64,000 nucleotides of DNA from a virus, in the IMG/VR virus record IMGVR_UViG_3300021961_008157; one strand, written 5' to 3'. Of the stretch, positions 21,167-29,805 are shown one piece after another (position 1 is the first letter of the stretch; every line of letters begins with the position of its first letter). Under the pieces are notes generated by a model. It saw nothing but the letters and a program-made list of their open reading frames with translations, was not told the origin of the DNA and searched no databases. Made by a program: the position numbers and the translations under genes.

Positions 21167-22232
21167 CATCTACTTCGCTGTCGGTCAATTCGGGATAGAT
21201 GGGCAAACTTAAACAACGACGGCTTAATGAGCTGGCTGCACTTAACATGCTTGGTCCCGTGTACTGTCTATAGATGCCAATTTCATGCAACGGTTGTTCA
21301 TAGTGTATTTTTGTTTCAATACCCAACTCTAGTAGAGTATCTTGGAGTTGGTCACGACGATCAACTTCAATAACAAACTTATGATGTGCATGTTCGTCTA
21401 TATTAGTGTCATCAATAAGGCATCGCACCGGGGAATCTTTAAAACGCTCAATATAATGACGACTAATTGCAGCACGACGCTGTTGCCATTCGTGCAAGTA
21501 TTGTGTCTTAAGCAGCATTAGTGCACATTCTAGCTCGCTCATTCGACTATTAGTGCCCGCAACATCACCGTCGGGCTTCCCGTTACCCCGCCATTTACGA
21601 GCAAAACTTGCCAAGTCTTGACTGTCGGTTATAATGGCACCACCGTTACCATACGCAGATAAATTTTTTGTTGGATCAAAACTAATGGCTGTGGCTTCAC
21701 CTACTCGCATTGAATTATTGGCTAACCAATGCTGGGCACCGTCTTCGATTATAAGTTTGTCACTTCTTGTCCAATAGTTCCACCATTTAACTCCGTTAAA
21801 GTTACTAAGACTGGACCCATACAAGCCCACAAGTAATATAGCCTGATAACTGGTGTCGGGAACAGCGTTTATATTAAACAATCCATAGTTGTCAGTGTCA
21901 ATGAACACCACATCCCACCCCGCTCGAATAAAAGCATTGGCAGTAGCCGCGTAAGTAAGCGTAGGTATTAGTACTGTGGGCGGGTGCGGCACACCAGTAT
22001 ATTCTATGGAGTATTCAGCAATGATTTCTAATGCTTGTGTACCCGAATGGCAAGTGATTGCATACTCACTGTGATTAGTGCGGGCTAACCAATCTTCAAA
22101 ATTCCGAGTGTACTTACCATTCATCAGTTGTCCACTAGACAACACGCTATCAGTTACATCCAGTAACTCATCGCGAAGTTGTTTATACTGTCTTTTGAGA
22201 CCAGTAAACGGAATTTTCATAGTATCTTTCAA
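21132..22232 (-). CDS. DegT/DnrJ/EryC1/StrS PLP-dependent sugar aminotransferase
   Basis: SGTQAL, IEDGAQ, SFDPTKNL..YGNGG, LSLPIYP. Confidence 0.92.
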   Translation of the reverse strand: MKDTMKIPFTGLKRQYKQLRDELLDVTDSVLSSGQLMNGKYTRNFEDWLARTNHSEYAITCHSGTQALEIIAEYSIEYTGVPHPPTVLIPTLTYAATANAFIRAGWDVVFIDTDNYGLFNINAVPDTSYQAILLVGLYGSSLSNFNGVKWWNYWTRSDKLIIEDGAQHWLANNSMRVGEATAISFDPTKNLSAYGNGGAIITDSQDLASFARKWRGNGKPDGDVAGTNSRMSELECALMLLKTQYLHEWQQRRAAISRHYIERFKDSPVRCLIDDTNIDEHAHHKFVIEVDRRDQLQDTLLELGIETKIHYEQPLHEIGIYRQYTGPSMLSAASSLSRRCLSLPIYPELTDSEVDVIADRVLNFFS

Positions 22233-23139
22233 ATCCTTCGGCGATGTTCACAGTTGGATTAAAGTTTAGATCTCGGCGTGCAGCGTCGATGTTCAAGGAT
22301 CCGCGACTGGGGAAATTTAAGTCTCGATCCTGTACTCGAATAGTTCCAGATCCTACAATATCAATGATTGTTTCGGCTGCTTCTAATAGTGTGATCGCAT
22401 GACTTCTTGTGAGATTATAAGTGTTATTGGCTGCATGATCAGACAATGCGGCTTGCACAATACCTGCTGCCAGATCTGTTACATATGTAAAGTCTAATTC
22501 TTCATCGGGTCCATTTACTGACAACTCACCACCGCGCATAGCAGTAAGCATGAACTTGGCCACTACACGATCTTCAACATCTAGTGGACCATAAACAGCA
22601 GAAGGACGAATAATTACTGCTTCGATGCCCGACCGCCGAGCATAGTCTCGAACAAGCCATTCACCTGCTAGTTTCATAATACCATATTGTCCTTGTGGAT
22701 TGCATACAGCATCTTCGCGTACATCGTTATCAAAATCTCCATAAACCATTGAGCTGGAAATATAAACAAACCGACGCACACGATTCCGCACGGCACTTTC
22801 AAGAAGATTAAGCAACCCTTCCATCATGGTACGACTACCCCACCCAGGATTGCTGTTAACTACTTTTTGCCTTGGAAAGCTGGCCAGGTGCACAATCACT
22901 TCGGGTTGATGTTTACCAACTATGTAATCAATGGTATCACTACTTTCAATTGATGCTGTATATACTGGGCTGGCAATATTTTTCATACGTTGGCTCAATA
23001 GATAATCTATTTCTGCTTGTGGAATAATGCCATAGGTGGTTTTGTTATCAATAATAGCAACTTCGTGTTTTAATTGCTCCAATGTTTTTACAACATTGTG
23101 CCCTATAAAACCGCAACCACCTGTAACTAAAATATTCAT
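22183..23139 (-). CDS. NDP-sugar epimerase/dehydratase
   Basis: TGGCGFIG, SSSMVYG, YGIMK. Confidence 0.92.
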   Translation of the reverse strand: MNILVTGGCGFIGHNVVKTLEQLKHEVAIIDNKTTYGIIPQAEIDYLLSQRMKNIASPVYTASIESSDTIDYIVGKHQPEVIVHLASFPRQKVVNSNPGWGSRTMMEGLLNLLESAVRNRVRRFVYISSSMVYGDFDNDVREDAVCNPQGQYGIMKLAGEWLVRDYARRSGIEAVIIRPSAVYGPLDVEDRVVAKFMLTAMRGGELSVNGPDEELDFTYVTDLAAGIVQAALSDHAANNTYNLTRSHAITLLEAAETIIDIVGSGTIRVQDRDLNFPSRGSLNIDAARRDLNFNPTVNIAEGFERYYENSVYWSQKTV

Positions 23140-23402
23140 TGGAATTTTAACTTGTAAAAAATTAAATCAGCTTCGCCTAATTTTGCACATATTTGATAGT
23201 GATGGTAGTAATCAAATGTTGGTGCACGTTGCCACCAAGGCGTTTCAACCGAGTGCTCCATTACCCATTGTCCTGCATCGCTTTTTTCCCACTTCAGTAT
23301 TGGCTCGGCTGCATAAAGATCCGGATCTTCAACGTCGGGTACATTAAATGTGTGTACTATAACCGTTGACGTTTTCATGTCTACTATTATAGCATAAAAC
23401 AA
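23136..23402 (-). CDS. hypothetical phage protein
   Basis: Co-oriented ORF overlapping the epimerase; true start probably the second Met. Confidence 0.55.
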   Translation of the reverse strand: MFYAIIVDMKTSTVIVHTFNVPDVEDPDLYAAEPILKWEKSDAGQWVMEHSVETPWWQRAPTFDYYHHYQICAKLGEADLIFYKLKFQ

Positions 23403-24071
23403 TCAATTAGCAACCAACTCGGAAGACATTGGAAAGATTTTTGCAATAGTTTCTGCACAAGCCAGTGCAATTTGTTGGTGCTCTTTTTGCGTACCGTTTC
23501 CCGATCTCAGTTGGATAAAATGAATCCAAGAACGTAGTGTGCCGTTCATATAAAGACGAGATACAGTTAGCCCTTCGGGCAGCACAGCGCGAGCTTGCTC
23601 CTTGGCAATGCCATTGCTAATAGCCCATTTGTACGCATTTTTAGCTGTTCGTATTACAGCTTGTTGTTGCTCTGCCCACAATCGTTTCAGTTCACGATCG
23701 TCAATTTCAATAGAGTTTTGTCGGTTCTTTGTATCTTGTAAGCGAGCTTCCCGCAACACAAAAGCCAAGTCATTTACTGGATCAGCATAGCGTTGGGAAA
23801 ACTCTTGAAAACTAAAACTGCGATGTCGTAGTATTTGACGAGCAATGTCTCGCGTGGTTTCAATTTCCAAACAAGCACTGACCATTTCAAGTGGGCTCCA
23901 GTGCTGATGACGAATCAAATAGCGTATTAGTTTTTCGCTGGTGTCAGTGTTTAACTGATTAGCAGGATTGCTTACGCGGGCACAGTAAGCAATAAGTTCC
24001 TGCGCATCTTCAATTCCTAAGTTGTTAAATTCTTCAGTGGGTTGGCTATAAGATAAAAGTTTAACTGTCAT
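23403..24071 (-). CDS. thyX: FAD-dependent thymidylate synthase ThyX
   Basis: HWSPLE, RQILRHRSFSFQEFSQRY signature, EQARAVLP. Confidence 0.95.
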   Translation of the reverse strand: MTVKLLSYSQPTEEFNNLGIEDAQELIAYCARVSNPANQLNTDTSEKLIRYLIRHQHWSPLEMVSACLEIETTRDIARQILRHRSFSFQEFSQRYADPVNDLAFVLREARLQDTKNRQNSIEIDDRELKRLWAEQQQAVIRTAKNAYKWAISNGIAKEQARAVLPEGLTVSRLYMNGTLRSWIHFIQLRSGNGTQKEHQQIALACAETIAKIFPMSSELVAN

Positions 24072-24376
24072 TTAAGACCATGTAATATTTTATTAGTTTC
24101 GGGTTGAACCATGTTGGCAACAGCAACTACATCTACAACAAAATCTACATCGCGAATTTCTTTACGCGGATCATCAAAAATTCTAGTAAGCATGGCTTCG
24201 ATTTCTTCTATATTCATGCCTTGCTTTTGCAATGAAACTAGATTAAATGTTTTTTGACGACCACCGTGAAATTTTATTACGATTTTTTTGATGCACTCAA
24301 GCGGTACGTCAGTTTTTGTTGTATCTGCAATTATGTGTTCCCAGGCGGTGATAAAATCGTCACTGGGTTCAATCAT
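24068..24376 (-). CDS. hypothetical phage protein
   Basis: In operon with thyX. Confidence 0.6.
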   Translation of the reverse strand: MIEPSDDFITAWEHIIADTTKTDVPLECIKKIVIKFHGGRQKTFNLVSLQKQGMNIEEIEAMLTRIFDDPRKEIRDVDFVVDVVAVANMVQPETNKILHGLK

Positions 24377-25126
24377 TTACGCGGTCTTTACTTTGCTGGG
24401 TCCACGACCACGACGTGCTTTAGGTGCTGCAACAGGTGCTGCAACAGGTTCAGCAAATGCTGGTACTTTAGCACTGGGACGTTTGACTGTGGGGTCAAGA
24501 CGCTCAGCATCCTTTTTCATTTTAGCAGCTTCAGCAATCATAGCCTTGGCATTGATTTCCATGGTCTGTGCCTGCGCTAACATATTAGCAGCAATGTCGC
24601 GATCGCTTAGTGCGCCTGACTCGGATGCTTTTAGTACCGGAGGAGCCACAAAAGCCGACTCAGCTTTACGAGCTTGCGACGCTTTAAACTCAGCTTCTGC
24701 TTTACGCTTGACTGCGGGATCAACTAAACCACGGCTAGCATCACTTTCAGCTAATCGGCGCACAGCTTCTTCACCTTGTTTCATTTCATTGAGCATTTTG
24801 TTCAGCTCATCAAGCCGCATTTTTGATTGTGCAGTTGGTGTAACTAAAATGTCAGCGGCACGAACTTTTTTAATCATGCGCTCTACGTGGAGCGTTTCTA
24901 AAATAGGACGTCCATCGGGCAAATAGCTACGATGTAGCGCATCAGCAAATTCTTCAGATGCTTGACCAGCATCGCTTTCCAAAACTTTTTGCACAGCATC
25001 TTGCCAGTGTGCATGCAGAGTCTCGGGATAAATTACCAAACACATGTGTTCTTCGTTTGGTACTTGACGATATAACACACAGACCTTGCGATCTCCATGT
25101 TTACCTACGTGTTTCATAAATGCCAT
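24377..25126 (-). CDS. hypothetical phage protein with Ala/Lys/Pro-rich tail
   Basis: GGAGAG RBS upstream, coiled-coil-like C-terminus. Confidence 0.65.
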   Translation of the reverse strand: MAFMKHVGKHGDRKVCVLYRQVPNEEHMCLVIYPETLHAHWQDAVQKVLESDAGQASEEFADALHRSYLPDGRPILETLHVERMIKKVRAADILVTPTAQSKMRLDELNKMLNEMKQGEEAVRRLAESDASRGLVDPAVKRKAEAEFKASQARKAESAFVAPPVLKASESGALSDRDIAANMLAQAQTMEINAKAMIAEAAKMKKDAERLDPTVKRPSAKVPAFAEPVAAPVAAPKARRGRGPSKVKTA

Positions 25127-25128
25127 TG

Positions 25129-25329
25129 TTACTCTCCTGTGTTACTGGCCGCAGATTGTTCCTGTGCCTGAGCTTGCGCTACTACCGCTTCTAAAAAGTC
25201 TGTTAGTTTGTTATAAACTTCCCCAACATCCTTCATTTCTGCTGCACGGAATGCACCACGTGTACTGGCTAGGTCAATTATGTTTTTTAAAAGACCTAAA
25301 TCAGCAATGGTTATTTGTTTATTTTCCAT
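25129..25329 (-). CDS. small hypothetical phage protein
   Basis: ASTRGAFRAAEM..VG..YNKL motif; TAAATA box 5 nt before ATG. Confidence 0.6.
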   Translation of the reverse strand: MENKQITIADLGLLKNIIDLASTRGAFRAAEMKDVGEVYNKLTDFLEAVVAQAQAQEQSAASNTGE

Positions 25330-25412
25330 ACAGATATTTAATGTAATCGTTTGCTAATAAAATTTTTTCTATTGGTTAGCAAGCCCAAAATTAGTCATTT
25401 AGGGCAAATTGA

Positions 25413-26246
25413 TCACTCTTTTGTGATAAAACGCCGCCAACTATCTTGTGCATCTTTAACTGGTTCTAGTCCTTCGACTTTGTTCCAAGTTGGTGGAACA
25501 GCAATAACACTGAACAGCGCACTGGTTCCAAAAATGTTGTCAGTGTTGTTTTTAAAGTTACCAGGATTGTAGTTACGAATGCAACCCCAATACAAGTGAT
25601 AGCCAATGCCAGTTAGTATATCGTAAATTTTGTCCAGGTGTGGGGACTCTTGTGCTTCGTAATAAACAAGGGGAAAATTCTTTTTGATTTTGTCAAGACA
25701 GCCTTGAATAACACCTAACTCCGAACCTTCAGCATCAATTTTAATCAAGTGTGGAGGTGGAATGTCTACATCATCCAATCGAACAGCTTTGGCCTTTGCT
25801 CCAGTTTCTTTGTTGATCAGCACTTCCCCATAGTTGCCGGGCACGGTAGGATCAAACTCTTGAATAAGAATGTCCCCGGCAACATTAGTAGCAGCGGCTT
25901 TGTGCAATGTTACATTCTTAAGCCCGCGAGTGTTTTCCTTTAACATTTCATAGTTTAAAGGGTTAGGTTCAAAGCAGTGAACTTGTGCACCGGTGGAGGC
26001 AAATGCTGTGGCATGAACGCCAATGTTGGCGCCCACATCATAAATTACCTTGGGTTTGTTTTGAATGTTGTTGATTACATCTAACAAGAAGTCAATTTCG
26101 GGTTGACCGTACTCACCGTACAATCGCAAACTACGGCCAATGATTTGATCATTGGTGTAAAATTTAAACTTTTTATGATAACGTGTTTCAGTTACTTCTT
26201 TAAGTTCTTTTGGTTTGGCATTCTTGGGTTTTTTAACTATTGACAT
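25413..26246 (-). CDS. FkbM family SAM methyltransferase
   Basis: YDVGANIG, FEPNP, IKIDAEGSE. Confidence 0.9.
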   Translation of the reverse strand: MSIVKKPKNAKPKELKEVTETRYHKKFKFYTNDQIIGRSLRLYGEYGQPEIDFLLDVINNIQNKPKVIYDVGANIGVHATAFASTGAQVHCFEPNPLNYEMLKENTRGLKNVTLHKAAATNVAGDILIQEFDPTVPGNYGEVLINKETGAKAKAVRLDDVDIPPPHLIKIDAEGSELGVIQGCLDKIKKNFPLVYYEAQESPHLDKIYDILTGIGYHLYWGCIRNYNPGNFKNNTDNIFGTSALFSVIAVPPTWNKVEGLEPVKDAQDSWRRFITKE

Positions 26247-26255
26247 TTTACTTCC

Positions 26256-26552
26256 TTATTCTTCTGCTCTAAAACTAGTACAACTGTCATTCCACACTTC
26301 TTGTGCTTGTTTTTTGTACAGTTCTAATTCATATTCGCCTAGTGCTGCTTGATACTGCTCTTCGGTAAGATTGTGCCAGCCCACACACTTGCCAGTGGGA
26401 CTACGTCCGCAACCACAGCGACCAAACTCTTCGGGATTTTCTTTTACTCTAACTTGCATGTCTTTTTTTCGGGAAAAGATACGATCATAGTTGCTACCAT
26501 ATACATCTTGTGATACGCTAAAGGGGCGTGGTGACGAACCTTTACCTGACAT
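26256..26552 (-). CDS. small protein with CDGSH-like Cys3His metal/Fe-S motif
   Basis: CGCGRSPTGKCVGWH. Confidence 0.55.
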   Translation of the reverse strand: MSGKGSSPRPFSVSQDVYGSNYDRIFSRKKDMQVRVKENPEEFGRCGCGRSPTGKCVGWHNLTEEQYQAALGEYELELYKKQAQEVWNDSCTSFRAEE

Positions 26553-26710
26553 TAAACCATCTCCTCCACGACCCCTAGTAGTTCTGCACCAATAAGTAAA
26601 GCGCCTGCATATGCTACTTCGCCATACAGTAAAGCCAAGCCAGCGGCAATCCGAATGCCACTTTTTACAAGGCTAACATAGAAATGACCTTTGCTGGTAT
26701 TAAGATTCAT
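26552..26710 (-). CDS. small membrane protein (start re-assigned to MNLNTSKGH)
   Basis: Hydrophobic; the upstream part of the track ORF overlaps another gene. Confidence 0.55.
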   Translation of the reverse strand: MNLNTSKGHFYVSLVKSGIRIAAGLALLYGEVAYAGALLIGAELLGVVEEMV

Positions 26711-26834
26711 AATTTTTTCCACATGTACAATTTCGACCTTGATTGCAATCGTGATTGCAATCGCTTGTTGGTAATGCAATAACAATATTATACACGATTA
26801 CAATTGTTAATGCAACGATTATTAACAGTATCAT
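26700..26834 (-). CDS. 44-aa membrane-anchored Cys-rich peptide (not in ORF track)
   Basis: MILLIIVALTIVIVYNIVIALPTSDCNHDCNQGRNCTCGKNYES. Confidence 0.6.
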   Translation of the reverse strand: MILLIIVALTIVIVYNIVIALPTSDCNHDCNQGRNCTCGKNYES

Positions 26835-26854
26835 ATTAATTATGGCTCACTAAA

Positions 26855-27067
26855 TCAGACACGCACAATTTCAGGACCCGGGCTTTCAAAGTCCAGACCA
26901 GCGGAACGTCCTTCAAAACAACGACCATTCCAGGTCATTGTTAATTTAACTGAACGGTTTAGTGCTACTGAAAGACTTTGTTTCTCTCGGAATGACAGCA
27001 CATCTGCTGGCATTTTTTTGCCACTTGCCACTGCCGTTACTTGGCATTCTTGACTGTAAATGTTCAT
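26855..27067 (-). CDS. hypothetical phage protein
   Basis: Co-oriented small ORF. Confidence 0.55.
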   Translation of the reverse strand: MNIYSQECQVTAVASGKKMPADVLSFREKQSLSVALNRSVKLTMTWNGRCFEGRSAGLDFESPGPEIVRV

Positions 27068-27074
27068 AATTGTG

Positions 27075-27314
27075 TTAAGTTCGTAATTTTAAATCTCGGT
27101 ATTTGACTCTTAGCTGTTTGTAAATAACACCGTCAATTTTCAATGGTAGATCCAGGTGAACAGTAACCATTGGTCCTTCAAGTTCATTGCGCATATTGTC
27201 GCAACCAACTGTACCTACCCAAGGTGCTTTTTTAAATCGTCCTTCCACACGATCGCCAATTTGGTATCGGGCAACAGGACGATTTTTACTAAAGTATTCT
27301 GCTAATGTTGACAA
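27075..27314 (-). CDS. hypothetical protein (SH3-like), TTG start
   Basis: YQIGDRVEG motif; start moved downstream of the 27322..27459 ORF. Confidence 0.5.
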   Translation of the reverse strand: MSTLAEYFSKNRPVARYQIGDRVEGRFKKAPWVGTVGCDNMRNELEGPMVTVHLDLPLKIDGVIYKQLRVKYRDLKLRT

Positions 27315-27321
27315 GGTGTTA

Positions 27322-27459
27322 CTATTTAATGAAGCTTGAGATGACCGGTATAGCAAATATAAGTACAAGAAGCAGAACGATTACAAGATCAACTGATCTA
27401 ATCTTGCTCCCACTCCACTCGTTTAACGAGTCTGCGATTGTTTCTTTTATGTCTTTCAT
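27322..27459 (-). CDS. 45-aa membrane protein (not in ORF track)
   Basis: MKDIKETIADSLNEWSGSKIRSVDLVIVLLLVLIFAIPVISSFIK; ATGA coupling to the upstream gene. Confidence 0.55.
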   Translation of the reverse strand: MKDIKETIADSLNEWSGSKIRSVDLVIVLLLVLIFAIPVISSFIK

Positions 27460-27815
27460 TTTGCTTGTTTTTCTAACTCTGTAATTCGTTTTTCCAATGC
27501 ATTAAACTGTTCAGCAGTTTGGATAATAATTGCTTGATTGCGCCGCGCAAGTTCTTTATTGTTTTCAATTTCCTGTTGATTAAGCGCAATCTGCTGACTT
27601 TGTAATTGGTCAGCTTTGTTGGACAGTTCGTGCAGTTTACTTAGCGTTTCGCGGTTCTGTTCCGACAAATTTCTCAGTTCCGAAAGACCGATAGCCATGA
27701 ACAATATAATCAGTATGGCCGCTACAAGCAGTATGACATTTTGTAAAGCAAATATCCCTAACCATTCTGAATTTTTTATTGTTTTTCTTAGCAAATCAAT
27801 ATTTTTATTATCCAT
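27456..27815 (-). CDS. single-TM coiled-coil protein
   Basis: N-terminal TM helix, Gln/Glu/Leu heptads. Confidence 0.6.
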   Translation of the reverse strand: MDNKNIDLLRKTIKNSEWLGIFALQNVILLVAAILIILFMAIGLSELRNLSEQNRETLSKLHELSNKADQLQSQQIALNQQEIENNKELARRNQAIIIQTAEQFNALEKRITELEKQAK

Positions 27816-27839
27816 AATTGAATATTTATGGATTTAGTA

Positions 27840-28136
27840 TTATACGCAACCTGTAGGCTTCGGAAGTCCCCCATATTTGGTAATCTTTTTCATGGGCGCA
27901 CTTTTGAAAATATCATACAATGGACCAGCTTTACGATCCATGCCCAATGTTTTTGCAAACTCACGAATAGGTGGAACCACTTGATATTCATCATAGTATT
28001 CCCGTGCCTTCATAACATAACCTTCAATTTCTTCGGTTATTTCAAAGTCATCTTCCTGGGCCATTTCAAACATAATGTCCCGGGTCCATTCATCCCTATC
28101 CATTAGATAACCATCACCATCACGATTTAACATCAT
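27840..28136 (-). CDS. tusE: TusE/DsrC family sulfur-relay protein
   Basis: DGDGYL...W, AREYY, C-terminal GGLPKPTGCV with penultimate Cys only. Confidence 0.85.
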   Translation of the reverse strand: MMLNRDGDGYLMDRDEWTRDIMFEMAQEDDFEITEEIEGYVMKAREYYDEYQVVPPIREFAKTLGMDRKAGPLYDIFKSAPMKKITKYGGLPKPTGCV

Positions 28137-28145
28137 TGGTCTCCT

Positions 28146-28265
28146 TTATGAATCGATGTAATTGTCATCGTCGTCATCCCGGGTGCTTGCGTGAAACCCA
28201 ACCAGGTACCCCATCCAAAACGCAATAAAAAAAGTAATAACTATTGAAAGTGTGTGTGACAGCAT
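28146..28265 (-). CDS. 39-aa membrane peptide with acidic tail (not in ORF track)
   Basis: MLSHTLSIVITFFIAFWMGYLVGFHASTRDDDDDNYIDS. Confidence 0.5.
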   Translation of the reverse strand: MLSHTLSIVITFFIAFWMGYLVGFHASTRDDDDDNYIDS

Positions 28266-28272
28266 GATTTAA

Positions 28273-28473
28273 TCATTCAACTCCGAAATGTTGTTTAATA
28301 GCATTAGCAGGTAGTGTAGAGTTTGAACTGTCTAATGCAATCCGAGCACATTCTCGCACAATCAACTCAGCAAGTTTCTCTGTGTAATTATGCATGAATG
28401 CAGAATTGCCTAGTCCAGCGTTGGTTGCATAATTGCTTGCTATTGTTGAGTACGATCTAACCGCATTGTTCAT
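28273..28473 (-). CDS. small hypothetical phage protein
   Basis: EKLAELIVRECA...IKQHFGVE motif. Confidence 0.6.
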   Translation of the reverse strand: MNNAVRSYSTIASNYATNAGLGNSAFMHNYTEKLAELIVRECARIALDSSNSTLPANAIKQHFGVE

Positions 28474-29753
28474 GCTGTCACTTCTTCTTCATAGTAGGCA
28501 TACTGTCCCCAAGGAGGAACAATAGTTGTAGTGCCATGCAAGATCCAAACAGTATCAGCATACTCTTTGTCGCCCCAACTACCATAAGGATAACCATCTG
28601 TGAACACAATCAGTCGCTTGGGTTCAATTTCTTCTTCTTTGAGATATTTAAAAATACAAGTGAAATCAGTGCCGCCGCCACCGTGGACTTCATAGTCCAT
28701 AATATCATCGAGATTTTCGGAGTCATACTGCCGAGGATTATACACTTCAGTGTCAAATGTAGCTAGGTGTATACGGTATGCTGGGAACGACTCCATGATG
28801 CCTGCTACTTCACCTAGAATATCTTTTAGCATCGGCTCCTCCATTGAGCCCGAAGCGTCAATAAACAAAGCAATGTCAATCATTGGATCAAGCTTCATGC
28901 CCGGCATAACAGCATCCATGTCCCACCCTTTGCGACTTGTTCGCATCCAAGTGTAATCGCTTTTAATAGTGGATTCCAACTGCATGCGCAACAGTTCACG
29001 CCAGTTCATCTTAGGTTGCGTCAGTTGTTGCAGTATACGCTTAACGCCCCCGGGCAAGTTGCCTGCACCTGCAGAATCAGCTGCCGCCGCTGACAGCATG
29101 GCTTCTTTGATTTCGTCCTTGATCTGCTGGCGTTCTTCTGGTGAAAGTCGAGGACGGCCCTTGCCTTCATCGTCGCCAGAGCCGCTTCCTTCGCCTTCTT
29201 GATCATCCAGGTGCTGGTCAATCATCTTGTCAAGCAAACTGCTGATGTCAATCTTTTCCGCATTTTCGTACAGGATGTCGTAAACTTCTTCGGCACTCAT
29301 GCCTTCGTATTTCCGATCATACAAGCAAGGTACGGAAGTAATAAACTCGCCTACATTATGCTTTTTCAAGTCGGCATTGACGCAATAGTCATCAGCAATA
29401 TTCCACAACTGCGGATCGCGATCACCGCGGCGCCCAAAGTGGTCATATACACAATGCAACACTTCATGCCCAAACAAGAATTCAACTTCTTTGGGCTTGA
29501 GCATTTTAATAAAACGACTGTTATAGTAAAAGCGACGCCCATCAGTAGCGGCTGTAGGGCACCATTCGTCAGCATTAACCAGTTTCAGTCGAGTGGCCAA
29601 GTTGCCAAAGAACGAAGCCTTGAGGAGCAGTCCCACACGAGCAGTGGTTAGGATTTCACGAACTTCGCGGTCCAATTTGGGATCCATGGGTCCAATGAGA
29701 TTCTTAAACTTTTCGCTTTCTTTGGAGTCTGCTGTGGTACCTGTAGTGCTCAT
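28470..29753 (-). CDS. HExxH metallopeptidase-like plus VWA domain protein (DUF2201-like)
   Basis: TAATDG, HEVLH, IDASGS MIDAS, GGGGTDF, FTDGY. Confidence 0.88.
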   Translation of the reverse strand: MSTTGTTADSKESEKFKNLIGPMDPKLDREVREILTTARVGLLLKASFFGNLATRLKLVNADEWCPTAATDGRRFYYNSRFIKMLKPKEVEFLFGHEVLHCVYDHFGRRGDRDPQLWNIADDYCVNADLKKHNVGEFITSVPCLYDRKYEGMSAEEVYDILYENAEKIDISSLLDKMIDQHLDDQEGEGSGSGDDEGKGRPRLSPEERQQIKDEIKEAMLSAAAADSAGAGNLPGGVKRILQQLTQPKMNWRELLRMQLESTIKSDYTWMRTSRKGWDMDAVMPGMKLDPMIDIALFIDASGSMEEPMLKDILGEVAGIMESFPAYRIHLATFDTEVYNPRQYDSENLDDIMDYEVHGGGGTDFTCIFKYLKEEEIEPKRLIVFTDGYPYGSWGDKEYADTVWILHGTTTIVPPWGQYAYYEEEVTA

Positions 29754-29775
29754 ATTGTTCCTTTACTATACCTAT

Positions 29776-29804
29776 ATTATAGCATAATATGAATTATTCG
29801 TCAA
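29776..29804 (-). promoter_or_regulatory. sigma70-type promoter
   Basis: TTGACG-N17-TATAAT. Confidence 0.75.
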
Positions 29805-29805
29805 T

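Noticed and set aside
24254-24926. Long plus-strand ORFs (108 and 212 aa) and similar antisense ORFs across the window
   Set aside because: Shadows of well-supported genes on the opposite strand or frame, with no motifs.
26787-26815. TTGCAT-17-TATAAT promoter and GATTGCAATC tandem repeat nearby
   Set aside because: Both lie inside the 44-aa Cys-rich ORF; the repeat just encodes DCN-H-DCN.
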